A stretch of DNA of 63,516 nt from positions 1,522,728 through 1,586,243 of the forward strand of contig MU058252.1 of assembly GCA_013265495.1 (NCBI GenBank). The letters run 5' to 3'. Positions 36,581 to 49,697 of this stretch are shown one piece after another. Position numbers and translations under genes: made by a program. Under the pieces are notes generated by a model. The model was given only the letters and a program-made list of their open reading frames with translations, made no database searches and was not told the origin of the DNA. The DNA comes from Vicugna vicugna (Eukaryota). Position 1 is the stretch's first letter. Each line of letters begins with the position of its first letter.

Positions 36581-39301
36581 AGAGGTATTAACCCTTTATG
36601 ATACACGTTGCAAATACACTTTCCCTGTGTAGCATTAGTCTTTGCCATGCAAAGATTTTTTTTAAAGCAATCAGATTTATTTATCTTTTCCTTATTGTTT
36701 TCGGATTTTGAATCATAGTTAAGACATGTTTTTTTCCCCTCATCCCCAGATTTTTTATATATATATTTATTTAATGGTTTTATTTTTTCATTTAAATCTC
36801 TCATCCACTTAGAATTTATGCTGGGATAAGAGCCCACTCTGCCTTTTCTCCTTTTGGCTCTCCCATTTATCTCAGCATTGCTTATGAAAAGACCTCAGTG
36901 CTTGAAGATACCGACTTTATTGTGCACTAAGTTCGTCTGTGCAGTTGTGTTTATTTCTGGATTTTGTTCGGCATGAATCTGTTCATTTGACAGCACCACA
37001 GAGTTTTAATTACTGGGGCTTTTAGAATGTCTGATGGGGCTGGTCTTCCCTGCCACCTTCATTTTATTTTTGAGGGTTTCCCAGTCTATTCTTGCTTTTT
37101 GTTTCTCCAAACAAACTTTATAATCAGCTTCTTTAGTTCTAGGGGGAAACTTACTTGATGGCATTTTTATTTGGGTGTATTAAACTCAAAAGTTAGTGAG
37201 GACAATTAGATATATGATATTGTCTTCCCACTGAAGCATATGGTATATTCTTTCCATTAGTTGAAGTCTTTTTTGTGTCTTGTTGGGATACTGTGTTTAC
37301 TGCAGGTTGATTTCTTGTCAGATTTACACCTAGTTATGTGATTTTCTTTTTTTGCTACTGTGAATGGTATCTTTTGTTATATTTTGTTTTTCTTGAATAT
37401 ATTAAAGCTATTAATTTCTGTGTTAATTTTCTGATCTGCTGCTTTACAAAGTGCTCTTATTGTTTGTATGAATTTTTCCCTTGATCTTTACAGCTTTCCA
37501 GATACAGAATTTTGTCACTGGCAAACAGAGATCGTTTTCCCTCTTCCTTCCCATTTCTGGGAGCTCTAATTGCCTTTTTTTTTTTTTTTTTCGGAAACAC
37601 TGCTGTGGCATTGCCTCTAAATAAAGTTAAATAGAAGTGGAGTTAGTGGGTATTTTGTTCCTTACTCTAGTGGAATAGCGGAATAGAAATATTTAGTGGA
37701 ATATTCAGTGGAATATGGTGGATTTCCTAATATTGAACCGCTCTTGCATCTGGAATAAATCCCCACTTGATCATGATGCATTACTTTTCGATGTGTAGGT
37801 AGATTCTGTTAATATTTTATTTAGATTTTCACATCAGTATTAGTATGAGTTATTGTTTAGTTTTTTGATGCATTCTTTGTCAGATTTTGGGATCAGTGTT
37901 ACACTGTCTTCATAAAACAAATGAAGACTCTTTCTTTTGCTGTGCTCTGGAATAGTTTGGGTAATACTGAGCTTACCCAAGTTGTAATGTCTTGGTGGGG
38001 CTTCCCCAGGGAGGCTGCCTGAGCTCAGTCCTTTCTTGAGAGGAGAGTCCTGCTGCTCTGTATTTCTCTAAGTCTGTTTAGACTTCCCATTGCGAGTGGA
38101 GCCAGTTTTAGTATGCTGCATTTGTCTAAAAAAATTCTATTTCATCTAGATTTTTTAAATATATGTATATGGTAGCCTCATAATTTTTAAAAATCTGTTT
38201 TCATGGTCATTTTCCCCTGTGTCACTTAAATTATCTACTTTGTTTTCGTCCATTTTCCTTCATGGCTCATCTAATGACTTGTCTGTTTTATGGATCTTGT
38301 TTTCAAAGGATAAGCTTTGGGGTTACTTACCAGTTCTATTGTTTTTCTGTTTTTTGACTCATTAATTTTTTCCTTTTAGCTTTCTTTCTTTCCTTTTTTA
38401 AAACTTTTGGACTGGGTATTAAATTCACTTTAATTTTCCCTTATATTGAAAAGGAATTTAATCCTGCAAAATTTTGGCTGATCTGCCTTTAGCTATATGT
38501 ATTCCTTACACACAGGGGTATGGATATAATTTCTCATTATCATTTTCAAGGAATTTCTGTATTTTTCTTCTGAATTTCCCTCACCTCAGTATTTCTATAC
38601 TACTATGCTTTAAAATTTTTAGGTGAAAGGGGCTTTTTGTTTTTGACTTTGTTTTTAATTTCTAGTTTTATTACATTATGCTAAGGGTGCTGTTTGTGTC
38701 CTCTTTAGACGTCTCTGAGGCCAAGATATGGTCATTTTGTTAATATTCTGTATGTGGTTGAAAAGAGGTATAGTCTGTATGGGTGTGTTCAGAGTTCAGC
38801 ATGTATCTATATGAGTTATCTTATTAATGATGTTATTTAGGTCTTCCAGTTATTTTGTCCACTTACTGTCTTTGAGAACGGTGTGTTAAGTGCTCCTCTC
38901 ATTGGTGTGTTTCTTGTTTATTTCTTCTTGCTTTATGAAAGTTATTGCTGCCTTGAGTGCCTAGATATTAATAACTTGTATCTTCGCCTGAGTTGTTGCT
39001 TTAGCATTATGAAGTGTTTTTTTTTAGTCTGAATTCTACTTTGTCAAAAAATAAAAATGTGCCAACAGAGGCAAACTAAAAGAAAGCAGGAGTATTATTT
39101 GAATGCAATGCAAAAGGCTTTAAATGGAGCAAGTGGTTCATCTAATTATTACTTTTGGTTCATTTAAAAAGTTTGGTTTTATCAAAGTAACATGTGCACT
39201 AATTTAAAAAGTCAAGTAGTGCTGAGAGGCTTATATGAAAACGCAGAGGGTGCGTTCTCCCTGCTTTTCTCTGTCCTTTCCCAGAAACAATGACTTTCAA
39301 C

Positions 39302-39588
39302 TTAAAAAATTTTTTTTTCAGGGGGGAATTATGTTTGTTTGTTTATTTATCTATTTAAAAATTTATCTGTTCTTTTTTTTGGGCAGGGGGGAAGGTAATT
39401 AGGCTTCTTTCTTCATTTTTAGAGGAGGTACTAGGGATTGAACCCAGGACCTTGTGCATGCTGAGCATGCACTCTACCACTTGAGCTATACCCTCCCCCC
39501 TTATTTATTTTTAATGGAGGTACTGGCGACTGATCCCAGGACTGTGCATACTAAGCACACACTCTCCCACTGAGCTATACCCTCCCCC
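39302..39588 (-). mobile_element. Two nested Vic-1-like SINEs (inner copy ~39357-39500)
   Basis: Two antisense heads ending gagctataccctccccc at ~39500 and 39588; outer TSD actttcaac. Confidence 0.9.
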
Positions 39589-42500
39589 AACTTTCAACAT
39601 TTTTTCTAGACCTTCTGACATTTATAGACTTTAGTATTTCTAAATAATATACAAGTTGGTGTATCTTTTGACTCTCAATTTTTCACAGTGTCTGTTGATT
39701 TACTATTGTTAGATGAAGATCTAAATGTTACACTGCCTTCTCTGTTTTTCCTTTCCAGATCTCCTAATAGAGATATATTATTATATTTTCCAGTTGTGTC
39801 TGTGATCATTGTTTACATGATTAGCCTATGCTAATATACTTATTCATTGAAGAGTGTCATAATTATTTGTTTTTACTGAAGTTAATGATTACCTTATTTG
39901 TTCATTTCTTTTGCTTTCTTTGTATCATTGCTAATTATTTTCTGTATTTTCAAGTAGCCAGTCTCTCAGTACAGTTTTCCACAAGGTCAGTCACATTAGA
40001 GACTCTGTCAGAGCCACTTTGCTTTTGGAGACATCCCTTTTGCAAACCTGTGTTCTATTTGGGCTTGTTGCTTTCCAGAAAGGTCTGCCGTGCAACCTGG
40101 GGCTCCCATTGCAGTCTTCTGGGTGTTTCCTTTGCTTTTCTCTTGGATTGAGCCTTTGTTTCCCGAATCACATTTCTTCCTGTTGCCTGCTTTACTCCCT
40201 GTGCTGGTGGTCCTTCAGAACGTAACTTTATTAGGTTGAAAGGGTGACTCAGTGGTACAAGATGTCTTGGTGAGTGCCTTTGACATGCCTGAATCCTGAA
40301 TCTCACATCCTTTCTGACTGGTGCATGTCTGTCATGGTGGGGTCTCCTTCCATCGTCACTGTGGGGCTTCACTAGCCTCTCTTGTATTTTTTTTTTAATA
40401 GCCCCTCTTCTTTTTTTTGGTTTTCTCCTTTGTTTTGGTAGAGAGCATCCTCCAGTTGCTCTCTGAGAAGGGATGTGTGGGAGGTAAATTTCTTTGTATT
40501 CCTTGCTTGTTGGAAAGTATTTTTTCTTTAATCCCTCACTTGGTTGATCATTGGATATAATATTTGGAGTTGTAAGTAATTTTCTTTCAGAGTTTTGGAG
40601 ACACTGATCCTTTGTTTTCTTGCTCCTGGTTTCGCTGTTGAGAAATCTGAAGTCTTTATAAATGACTTTGACTCCCCTTCCTCCCCATGTTCTGGAAGCT
40701 TGTAGAATTTTCCCTCTGTCACTGGTTTCTGCAATTTTACAAAAGTGTACCTTGAACTGGGTCTGTTTTCCTCCGTTGTACTGGGTATTTGGTGAGCTCC
40801 TTCAGTCTGAAAACTGGATTCTTTGAATTTTGGATAATACTTTTGAATTATTTTGTTTGTGTTGGTGTGTTTGTGTTTTCTTTTTCTGGAACTCCTGTTA
40901 TTCATGAGCTGAGTTCTTGGGCTGTTTCTCTGATTTTTTTAAACCTTTTATTTTACATCATTTTATCTTTTTTTTTTAACTTATAAGATATTTCTCATCC
41001 TTCTCTTTAGTTTTTAAAAATTTTTTTTCTTTGGATTTTTAATTTCCAAGAGCTCTTTCTTGTTTTCTAAGTGTTTTTTTTCTTTTTTCTTTCATAGCAT
41101 CTTGTTTTTGTTTCTTGGATGTAATATCTTCTTATAGGATATTGATTATAGTGGGTATTTTTTGTTTGCTTTTTGGAGGTGGTGTTGGTGGAGTTTCTCC
41201 CTACAGTGTTTGTTTCCTCCAAGTTGACATTTTGATTTGCCTGTTTTCATCCCTGTGTTTCATGGTAGAGGCTTTCCTCTGATGATGGTCACTTCTGGCT
41301 GTCTGTGCATGATTAAAATTCAGAGAATTAAAAAGCATATTGGACTGTGCATGTGTAGATTTGGCTGATTGATTTTAAACTTCACCAGGGTTGATGTGGG
41401 CAAGTTGTTGGGAAATCTCTTGGTCTAATGATCTTCAGATCTTCCCTCTTGAGCTGCTCAGTTTCCCCAGTTTCCTCCTCTGCTTGGAGGTTGGGGTCTG
41501 GGTGCTAGTGTCTGAGAGCCAAGTGGTGGGCAGAGAAGCTGTGGGAGGGTGTGTCTCTGCCATCAGCTCTTTACTCAGTCAAGTAACCCCTTTATTTTCA
41601 GAACAGTTCCAGGGCTCACCCGTGCCGGGGGACTTAGAGTCCAAAGACCCTTTGTGTTACACTCTCCAGAGTCTGTGTGTGCGGAGAGCGCTGGGGTCAG
41701 GGAAGAGCGGCTGCCTGGCCATGTGGGGCAGGAGTGGGCGGTCTCACCCAGGCCCTTTCAGTCCCGTCTGTCCACAGGGGCCTGTGCGGCCTTTGGGACC
41801 TGGGGTCTGTGCTGGGCTGGTTCTCAGCTTCCCCTGCTGGTTTCCTTACATCTCTGCAGCCACTTCCCACTGACTCTTTGTTATTCAGGGCCAAAAATTT
41901 GCTGTTGCCTCCTCTTTTTTTCTCCCTATTGTTGTAGTTTATACATCTTAAAATCATTTTGCTTTGGTTTTAGTGGGGCTTCGGGACAGAGTGAAATTAG
42001 ATCATATGTTTAGTACACCATTTCGCCTTGGAAGTCAGAGGCCACACCTATGATCCTGTATGTACCAGACACAGAGCAAAAAATGCTGCCTGTAGAAGAA
42101 GAAATGGACAAGTGTATTGGGCCATGTAAAATTTACAGAACAAATAGACAAAAAGAAAAAAAGGATTAGATTTAGATAAAATAATGAATAAATTTGAACT
42201 TACATATTTAACTCTGTGTCCTGTAAACAGAGACTACCCTTTTCTATACGACACCCGAGGGAGTGTTTGAAGAACTTGATCATATAGTAATTTACAGTGT
42301 ACGGTGTGGAGAGTGTGTGTTGTTTAGAACTCTATCATTAGTTTTACCAAATTGCTTTCTAGGACAGTGTAGTCACTTTTTTTTTTTTTAACTGGGAAAA
42401 TCTTAGGGGGGAGTATAATTATTCTGGTTGAAATTTGCAGTTTGAGACTGGACCTCATAAGGGGTCTCAATCAAAAGAACTTCCCTGCAGGATATAGTCT

Positions 42501-45079
42501 GAAAAACACTGTTCAAGATGTGACATTTCCACGTTCGAATATAAATTAATTGAGCTTCTATTGTCACCTTCTGCTCTAGACACATGGCTGTAGGAGGAAT
42601 TTCAGCTCTGCATAAGTATGTGGCGTTGACAGTCAGGTTAATCCTCCTCCCCTCCGACAGTTACTGCTGTGGAGAGAGAGTGGCCTTTAACAAGAGGCGA
42701 AAAGAAGGACCTTTTAAAATGAGGCAAACAAGGATATATTGTACTTAAAAAAAGAGACATTAAAGGGATGCACAGAATAGATGGGTGGAAGGCAGAAGTG
42801 GGGTAGATGGGTGTGGGAGTGGGATTGAGACTTCTCATAGACACCTTTTTATGGTGCTGTGCAGTTTGAATGTAAGAACACATTTGGCTAAAGGCAGAGT
42901 TGTAACTCTTGGTGTTGCTTTATGCAGCTGTTGATTCTGTTTCCATACTTCTGTCTGTCCTGATTTCCATGAGGAAAGTTCTCAGGATGGGATGCATGGA
43001 AGGTGGCGCTGAGTTTGAGAACGTGGCTGGCAATCTGTAAGCAAAGTTTGTATGTATTTTTGAGAATGATGCTTGTCTCCACCATGCTGGCTGTCCTTTG
43101 GGAAGGTAGTGTTCAAATAAACAAGCAAGAAACCAAAGCCTTTTAATGTGAAACTCATTGATTTTGATTCTTTATGTACATGGGTTTGGGAAAATCTGAT
43201 TGATGTATCTCTCCATGTACCAGATAAATCAGATATACACAGAATTGGAAGAGAAACAACATGAAATTTTAGTATAGGGGAGGGACTTTCAGAGTAGAGA
43301 CTGCAATGGAAATTGTTCAGGAAAATAATTGGTAGATTTGGTCACCTAAGTTGTTTAAACAATTATATTTAAGGAAATGTATAACTGAAGGTAGACAAAC
43401 TGGGAAAAACTAGTAATATAGATGGGCAAGCATTAATATCCTTGGTATGTGAGAGTTTATACAAATTGATAAGATACTAAAACTCTAGAAGAAAAATTAC
43501 CTAAGGATAATTCTTGGGAGAAACGCATGTCACCATTACATATCAAATAACATTCAGTCATAAAATAAAATTACTGACAAACGAAATCCTTTTACTTTTT
43601 TGAATTAGGAGATACTGTCCAGCAAAGGTAATATTTAGTGCTGAGGCGGGAATGCTTGTTGTTGAGCTTGTACCAGTGACGAGACTGAAGCAGGGAGGGT
43701 TCATCTACTTGCTGGAAGTCGCGTAGCTAGTGCTGCGTTTTGAACCCAGCATCGTTGGCCCCGTTAGCTCCCTGACATTATAAGTAGATACTGTTTTGCA
43801 ACTGTTTTCAAGTCACGTTGTTTATCTGTGTGTGGCCAGTAACATGAGTCTGCTCCGTTTTGGATGGTTGTATAACATTTTATTTAACGATCGCAGTATA
43901 ACTTACTCAGTCTATCTTCTGTGGATGGCATCAGTGTTTCCAGTTTTTTTGTTGTATTGCTGTTGTAATGTTGTAGAGAACATTTTTTTGTGCATACCTG
44001 TTTATACATGTAACAGGGCTTATGTGGCATGAATTCCTAGAAATGCACTATTTGGACAGTAGGGTGTATGCATTTAAAGGATAATGGGATGTTTGCATTC
44101 ACGGTGTTAATAGATAATGAAACCTCCTTTTGTAATGAGGCTTCAGCCTTTTACTAATACCTGGGTGTAATTTACTACCACCTTCCTCAGTGTTGGGCCA
44201 GGTTTTGAATGGCTTTCCGTTCCATTTATAGGTGAATTTGGTGATACATGATGTTCCTTTTAAAGCTATCGACTCTCCTTCCTGTGTGAGCAAGGTGTGT
44301 CTCCCTGTAAACCGAGAGTCCCTCTCTTCCCGATGTGTCCCGTGGGCGGTGTTGTTCCCCGTGGCTGCCCGTGTGAGTGGGATCTTCTCACCCAGGGTGT
44401 GTTCTCCCTTGTTACTGTTTGGTGGGAAGGTTGCTGATTTTTTTGTCTCATCGTTGAGTAACTGGCCATCTTACTGAACACCCTGTTGCTTTTAGTTTTT
44501 CACTTAATGTCCTTAGGTATCCCAGGTTTATAATTAAAATTTACAAGTGAATTTTGTCTCCTCCTTCCCAGTACTGTTCCTTTTATTTAGTTCTTTGTGG
44601 TTTGTATTACCTGGTTCTTCCAAAACAATGTTAAGTGAGAATGACGGTGGCGGGTGTCCTTGGCTTAATTCTGACTTCAGAAGGACTGCTGCTAGTTTTT
44701 CATTATGTCTTGATTTGAGAGATTTTTTTCCCCTTATTATCTCTTCCTAAGGATTAAATGTTTCTGTTTTGAGCCTGTTTTTTCCCTGCTACTAGATTTT
44801 TTTTTTCACCACATCTTAATTACATAAACAGTTTGAATTGAAAAGCATTTCCCACAGTCTTTTCATTGAATACCTAAACACGCAGTGCTCTGAATAGTAA
44901 GACAGAGTAGGTCGGTTTGAGTCCTTTCTCCTGGGCCTGTGACCGCTGTGATGCTTCAGCACCATGAGTGTGTTTTGTTTGATGATGTGGTGGGTGGGAG
45001 ACGGTTCGCTGGAACGTGGGCCTGAGAATGGGGAGCTTGCGTTATGTAAAAATGTAATGTGCATGTAGCATAGCTTAGT

Positions 45080-45240
45080 CAGTGATCCCAGGCTGGCTGG
45101 TCATCAGAACCCTGGGGGGGGGCAGGGGATGTTTAAAATGCAGATGCTCAGGCTCCTGCTCTGTGATTCTGGGGCAGGCCCTGGGAAGCTGTATTTTTAG
45201 AAGTTTCCCAGGTGATCTGATCAGCCAAGCTTGGTACATT
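45080..45240. mobile_element. MER5-family hAT MITE remnant
   Basis: catcagaacc...ttaaaatgcagatgctcaggc...tgtatttttagaagtttcccaggtgat. Confidence 0.6.
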
Positions 45241-46469
45241 CTTCCTAGATGCCTACCCAGATGATCTTAAACTTGCCTGTCAGGTAGCACAGGCCGTGCC
45301 ACCATGAGAAACTCGATCTGAAGTCACGTTTCTAACAGGTGGACATTTTGAGGAACATTTTGAGGACCAGGGTGGTTTCCCCTCCTCTCCCTCTCAGCAT
45401 CCTCGTACATGCCTGCTACGTAGTTTCTAGCTAGTGAACTGGCTGGAAATGTTTTTTGTTTGCATAAATGGTGTTCTGGACACTTTTCATTTTTAAGAGT
45501 TGTGTTTTCTTGATTTTTGGGGTTCTGTTCTTGGTGTAGCTGAGCTATTATAAGATCGTCTCTTGGGGGAAGGCCAATCCAGCATTGGGGGGGACCTCCT
45601 AGGAGAGACTTTCAGGAGGAGCACTGCCAGTTAGATTCACGGTGTCCTATTTAGTAGGTTCTCATTGAGGTTCCACTTGAGCCTGTATTAATGAAGGTTC
45701 TGTTAAAATTTTAAATGTGAATGTCTCTTGGAAAAAGTCTTGTTAGATATTCATTACCTTGTGATCATTCAAAGTACAAAAACTGCAAGTGTATTTGATG
45801 TTTTGTAAAAAATAGTGCAGGAAAACTTAAAGACGTTAAATTACCCTAACATGATCTGAGGAGTTTGTGCTCTTGCCAGTGTTTTTAATGGTTTCGGTTT
45901 TGCTAGAATGGGAGTGAAGTTCTCATAGTAAGTGGTTAATAGATACAAATACCAATATATCTTAGTGTTAGTTTGCCTCAGTCGTGAAAACCATTGTTTA
46001 CTTAATGGAATTGCTGCAGGGGGTGCCCATGTGGCTCTGTGAGAGAAGGCCTCCTGCGGTTCGGGAGAACGCGGTGACTTCAGCATCTGAACAACGCTCT
46101 CGCAGCCGTTGCTGAGTGGCATGTGGTGGTGGCACTGTCAGTATATAGTTGAATTTTAGAGCTTTGGGCCAAAAAGTGCTCCCGTCTCTGGCTGCTGTGG
46201 GCCATTGTTTGTGGCTTCAGGGCGTAGAACTTGGGGCTGAAGATGAGATAGCTGTTGAAGGGCATCCGGTGTCATTAGTTTCACCACTGGTACACTTTGT
46301 CTCCACCACTTCACAGATCAGTGTGTCTGTGTGAGTGGGCACAGCAGACTGAACAGTACGACTGGGGGCACAGAACATACTGTTTTTCCCCCCAAAATTT
46401 AAATTAGGAAATATTTCAAACATACAGAAAAATAATAGTAAAAAACGCTAAAACATACAGACAGCACTA

Positions 46470-46690
46470 TTGTAGTGCTCATTCTGTCTGTTCGTGTATT
46501 TACTGTATTAACTCACCCAGCCTAGAAAGTAAGTTGTATTATGACCATCTTTTTACAGACAAACAGATACAGCGAGGTAATGTCACCTGCCCAGAGTTAC
46601 ACATTTGGCAAATAACAGAGCTTAAATTTGAACTCAGGCAGTCTGGAGCTAGAGTGCATGGTCTCAACCAGTACAATACACTATGGCCTT
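46470..46690 (-). mobile_element. MIR SINE
   Basis: ttttacagac...cacctgcccagagttacaca...atttgaactcaggcagtctggagctagag. Confidence 0.8.
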
Positions 46691-46769
46691 CCAGAAATAC
46701 AGGAAGTAATATGATAGACATGAGGGGTACTTAGCACCTGATTTTAATAAATGTTAACATTTTATTTTA

Positions 46770-47683
46770 CAGTTGACCCTTTGACAACACTGGGGTTAGG
46801 GACACCAACCCCCTCCCCACGGTCAAAAATTCACATATAACTTTTGATTCCCCCCTGAACTAAACTACTGATAGCCTACTGTTGACTAGAAGCCTTACTG
46901 GTAACATAAACGGTTGATTAACACATACTTTGTGTGTGTTTTATGTCCTCTACTCTTAAAGTAAGCTCAGAAAGGAAAATGTTGTTAAGAACATGACAAG
47001 GAAGAGAAAACACACTTGCGCAGTCCTGTCGTTTGTTTCTGGATGCCGTAGGGTTACATCACCTGTTTACAGGATGACCCACCTGTCAGTACCTCATCAA
47101 TATTCTCTTATGCAAAACACGGTAGCTGTTACATGTATTACTGACAGTAGACATCAAAAGTGAAAAGATTACGTGAGAAAGAAATTCCTGCTTATTCACA
47201 GCCCAATTCGTGCATTGATAATGAGGAAGCAGAGATATGACGGAAGTCTGGTGTGATCGGTACGATGGCTTCTTGGTAGTCTCGCCCGCACACTAATGAG
47301 TGAATCATTATACAGTTTCATTGGCATATAGTAGTCCAGTCATGTTCACAGAACAGTATTGGAGACGTTACTATGTTTTAAACACCGCCGCTCACCTGTG
47401 ATGGTAGACTGATCTGCCCTTCCTCCAGTTACTGGAGGAGGGGGGCACACTGTGCAGTAATGTAACTCTTCGAAAGGCAAATTATAAAACAATAAGAAGA
47501 CCAAGAGACTTAATTTTATATTAAAAAATCACTCACCTTATGCTTGTGTGAGGATAGGTTATCCATTTCAATACAAGCCTTGCACACGATCTGCTACACA
47601 CCTATTTGTCTGTTTATTGAAAAAAATCTGCACGTAAGTGGACCAGCACAGTTCAAACCTGTGTTGTTTGAGGGGGTCAACTG
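46770..47683 (-). mobile_element. Tigger2-family (TcMar) non-autonomous DNA transposon
   Basis: TIRs cagttgaccc / gggtcaactg, with TA on the left flank; end sequence gtaagtggaccagcacagttcaaacctgtgttg. Confidence 0.88.
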
Positions 47684-49174
47684 TGGGTTTCTTTGTTTCT
47701 TTTTTTTAGAGTAATCCTGTTACACAAAAACAAATGTAAATGAGAGATAGCATTAGACTATGTCTTTGGCCTTTTCTGGTCCCGTCAAGTTGTTTTTCTG
47801 ACTGTCGGCATCCCCGTTTCCAGCACTGGCTCCTCCCCCAGCAGCTCGGCAGCGATTGCCTTTTCTACACGGGGAGGAACTTACTCAGCAGGTGTTCATG
47901 GGGTGTCTGCCCCAGGCCAGACCATGCCGGGGTTGGAGACACAGTCAAGAAAAAGCACCCAGTTCAGATCATCCTGCAACTCATAACCTAACCATGGGGG
48001 AAGGTGGATTTACTTAAGTACGAGGAGCATAATCTTGGGGGTATGTGGAAGGGCCCCATCATCGCGCCCCATGGTGACGTGGCCTGTTAAGAACATGGAC
48101 TTGGGTGTGATGCTTTTAGTGACTTCTGGCCTACTTGTTGGCTTCTCTGGGCTTCTCTAGCCTTGGGTCAGCAGTTCAGTTTATGTTTGTTGTTTGGAAT
48201 ATACTTCCAGAAAAATGGTTCAGTTGGGATGATCTGTAAGTTTTAAAGTTTGGCGTATGTTGCCTTCCTTCTGGAAAACCCCTGGGCTCTGGGTTTGGGC
48301 CCTCCCTGTGGGTCTGCCAAGCTCTGGAGTGGGGGACTTGGATTCACTTGGTTTGTGTGCTCTGGTAGAACTTGGGAGGGCCCTCGGATGGGTCTTGCCT
48401 TTCAGAAACTCCTTGTAGGGCCTGAAGGGTCTCGGGGCCCGGCCTTGCCCGAGCTCTTGTGACGCCGAGTCCTTAAATCCTTGGAGACTGAGCAGTAATG
48501 CACGATGTAAGTGGAGCTGACTTGCTTTTCTTTTTTTTGCCTCCCTAAACCTTACTTATTTACTATGTGTTCAAAAATAGTAAAATCAGCATATGGTAAA
48601 ATACATTTAAAAATCATAACGTTAATTTATTAGAATTTGGAATATATTAATCACATTGAAAAAATTTAGTATCAAGCATCTTGAAATTACGTGTAAAATG
48701 GAATGAATTAATAACGTCCCTCTTAGCACTGCCAGGCTGTGCTGTTCCTTGTGAGCAGCAGTGCAGAATGCTGGCTGTTCGTCCAGCCCGGCGGCTCGCC
48801 CCAGTGGGCCTGCAGGGGGAGCGGGGCTCAGAGTCCTTCCAGATTTGCGTTTCCGGCAGATGGTTGAGTGGTGGTCCCCCCTCCCCCGCCCCCATTTTTT
48901 TTTTTTTCATTTAGGAGATTAGCAAATGCTTTTGGAACAGATAGTAGTATTTTGGCATTCATTTTAGCTAAGACTTTTGGAATCCATCGTGCAGAGTATC
49001 TTGACAGAAAATGGGCTCGTTTTGAAATGAGATGTTAAGAGATGCTTCTGTCAGATATTCTCGGGAGTGGCAGTAGCTTTTCTAGACATATGCTATGACA
49101 TTTTAAGAAAATTATATAATAATTTCCTAACCCCCCTAAAAAGTTCATGAAGTTTGGGAAGTAAGTACACTTCT

Positions 49175-49400
49175 CTGAGAGCCAGCTCTGAAATCAGAGC
49201 CTGCATATTTAGATTTTGGTTCTTTCTCTGTTCGTTAGCTGTTTGGCTTTGGGCAGCTTAGTTAACTTCTCAGTGCCTCAGTTTTCTCATTTGCAAAACA
49301 TAGATAATACTTACTTTCTTTACAGGGTTTCTGTAAAAATTGAGAGTATAAAAACACTTAAAATGATTAGGGATACACAAATGCAATTCATGTGTTAATA
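49175..49400 (+). mobile_element. MIR SINE
   Basis: tagctgtttggctttgggcagcttagttaacttctcagtgcctcagttttctcatttgcaaaa. Confidence 0.82.
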
Positions 49401-49641
49401 TATGTGCAAGAACTTTTCCAGTAGAAACAAGCGTAATATTTTACGTTTTTGTAACTGCTTGCTTACCTGAAACTAGTGTTTGATTCTCAGTCATCACAAG
49501 GTCTTGTTTTTTTTTTAATTTCAAGGGAATATTTTGAGACTTGATATTTTAGGACTTGGAGAGCTTATAATAAAAGACATTAATGGAATATAGAGGAGAG
49601 TATTATTGTCTAAACATGTGTTGATGACTTTGTGCTTTTAG

Positions 49642-49697
49642 GTATACCAAGCTTGGCTACGCAGGCAACACTGAGCCACAGTTCATTATTCCTTCAT
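49642..49697 (+). CDS. ACTR3B: ACTR3B coding exon 2 (YTKLGYAGNTEPQFIIPS), 56 nt
   Basis: Acceptor gcttttag|G and donor T|gtaagt. Phase joins exon 1 in frame and gives the Arp3 continuation of the phosphate-1 loop. Confidence 0.97.

Larger units (their letters stand above)
34430..42020 (-). mobile_element. Long degraded antisense L1M block in ACTR3B intron 1, with nested insertions
   Basis: Extended T-rich antisense L1 sequence running from 3' UTR through ORF2 to ORF1-like (minus-strand ORF 40528-40905 has QTEGAHQIPS and QILYP). A nested L1MA/MB 3' end lies at ~35040-35305. Confidence 0.7.

Noticed and set aside
37668..37720. Repeated AGTGGAATA motif suggesting an array
   Set aside because: It is a short irregular slippage cluster inside degraded L1, with no repeat-spacer organisation. 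No CRISPR-like array occurs in this window.
1087..39588. Multiple tRNA-Ala(AGC)-like sequences as real tRNA genes
   Set aside because: They share a non-tRNA 5' extension and 3' tail, carry TSDs, and have mutated stems, so they are SINE copies.
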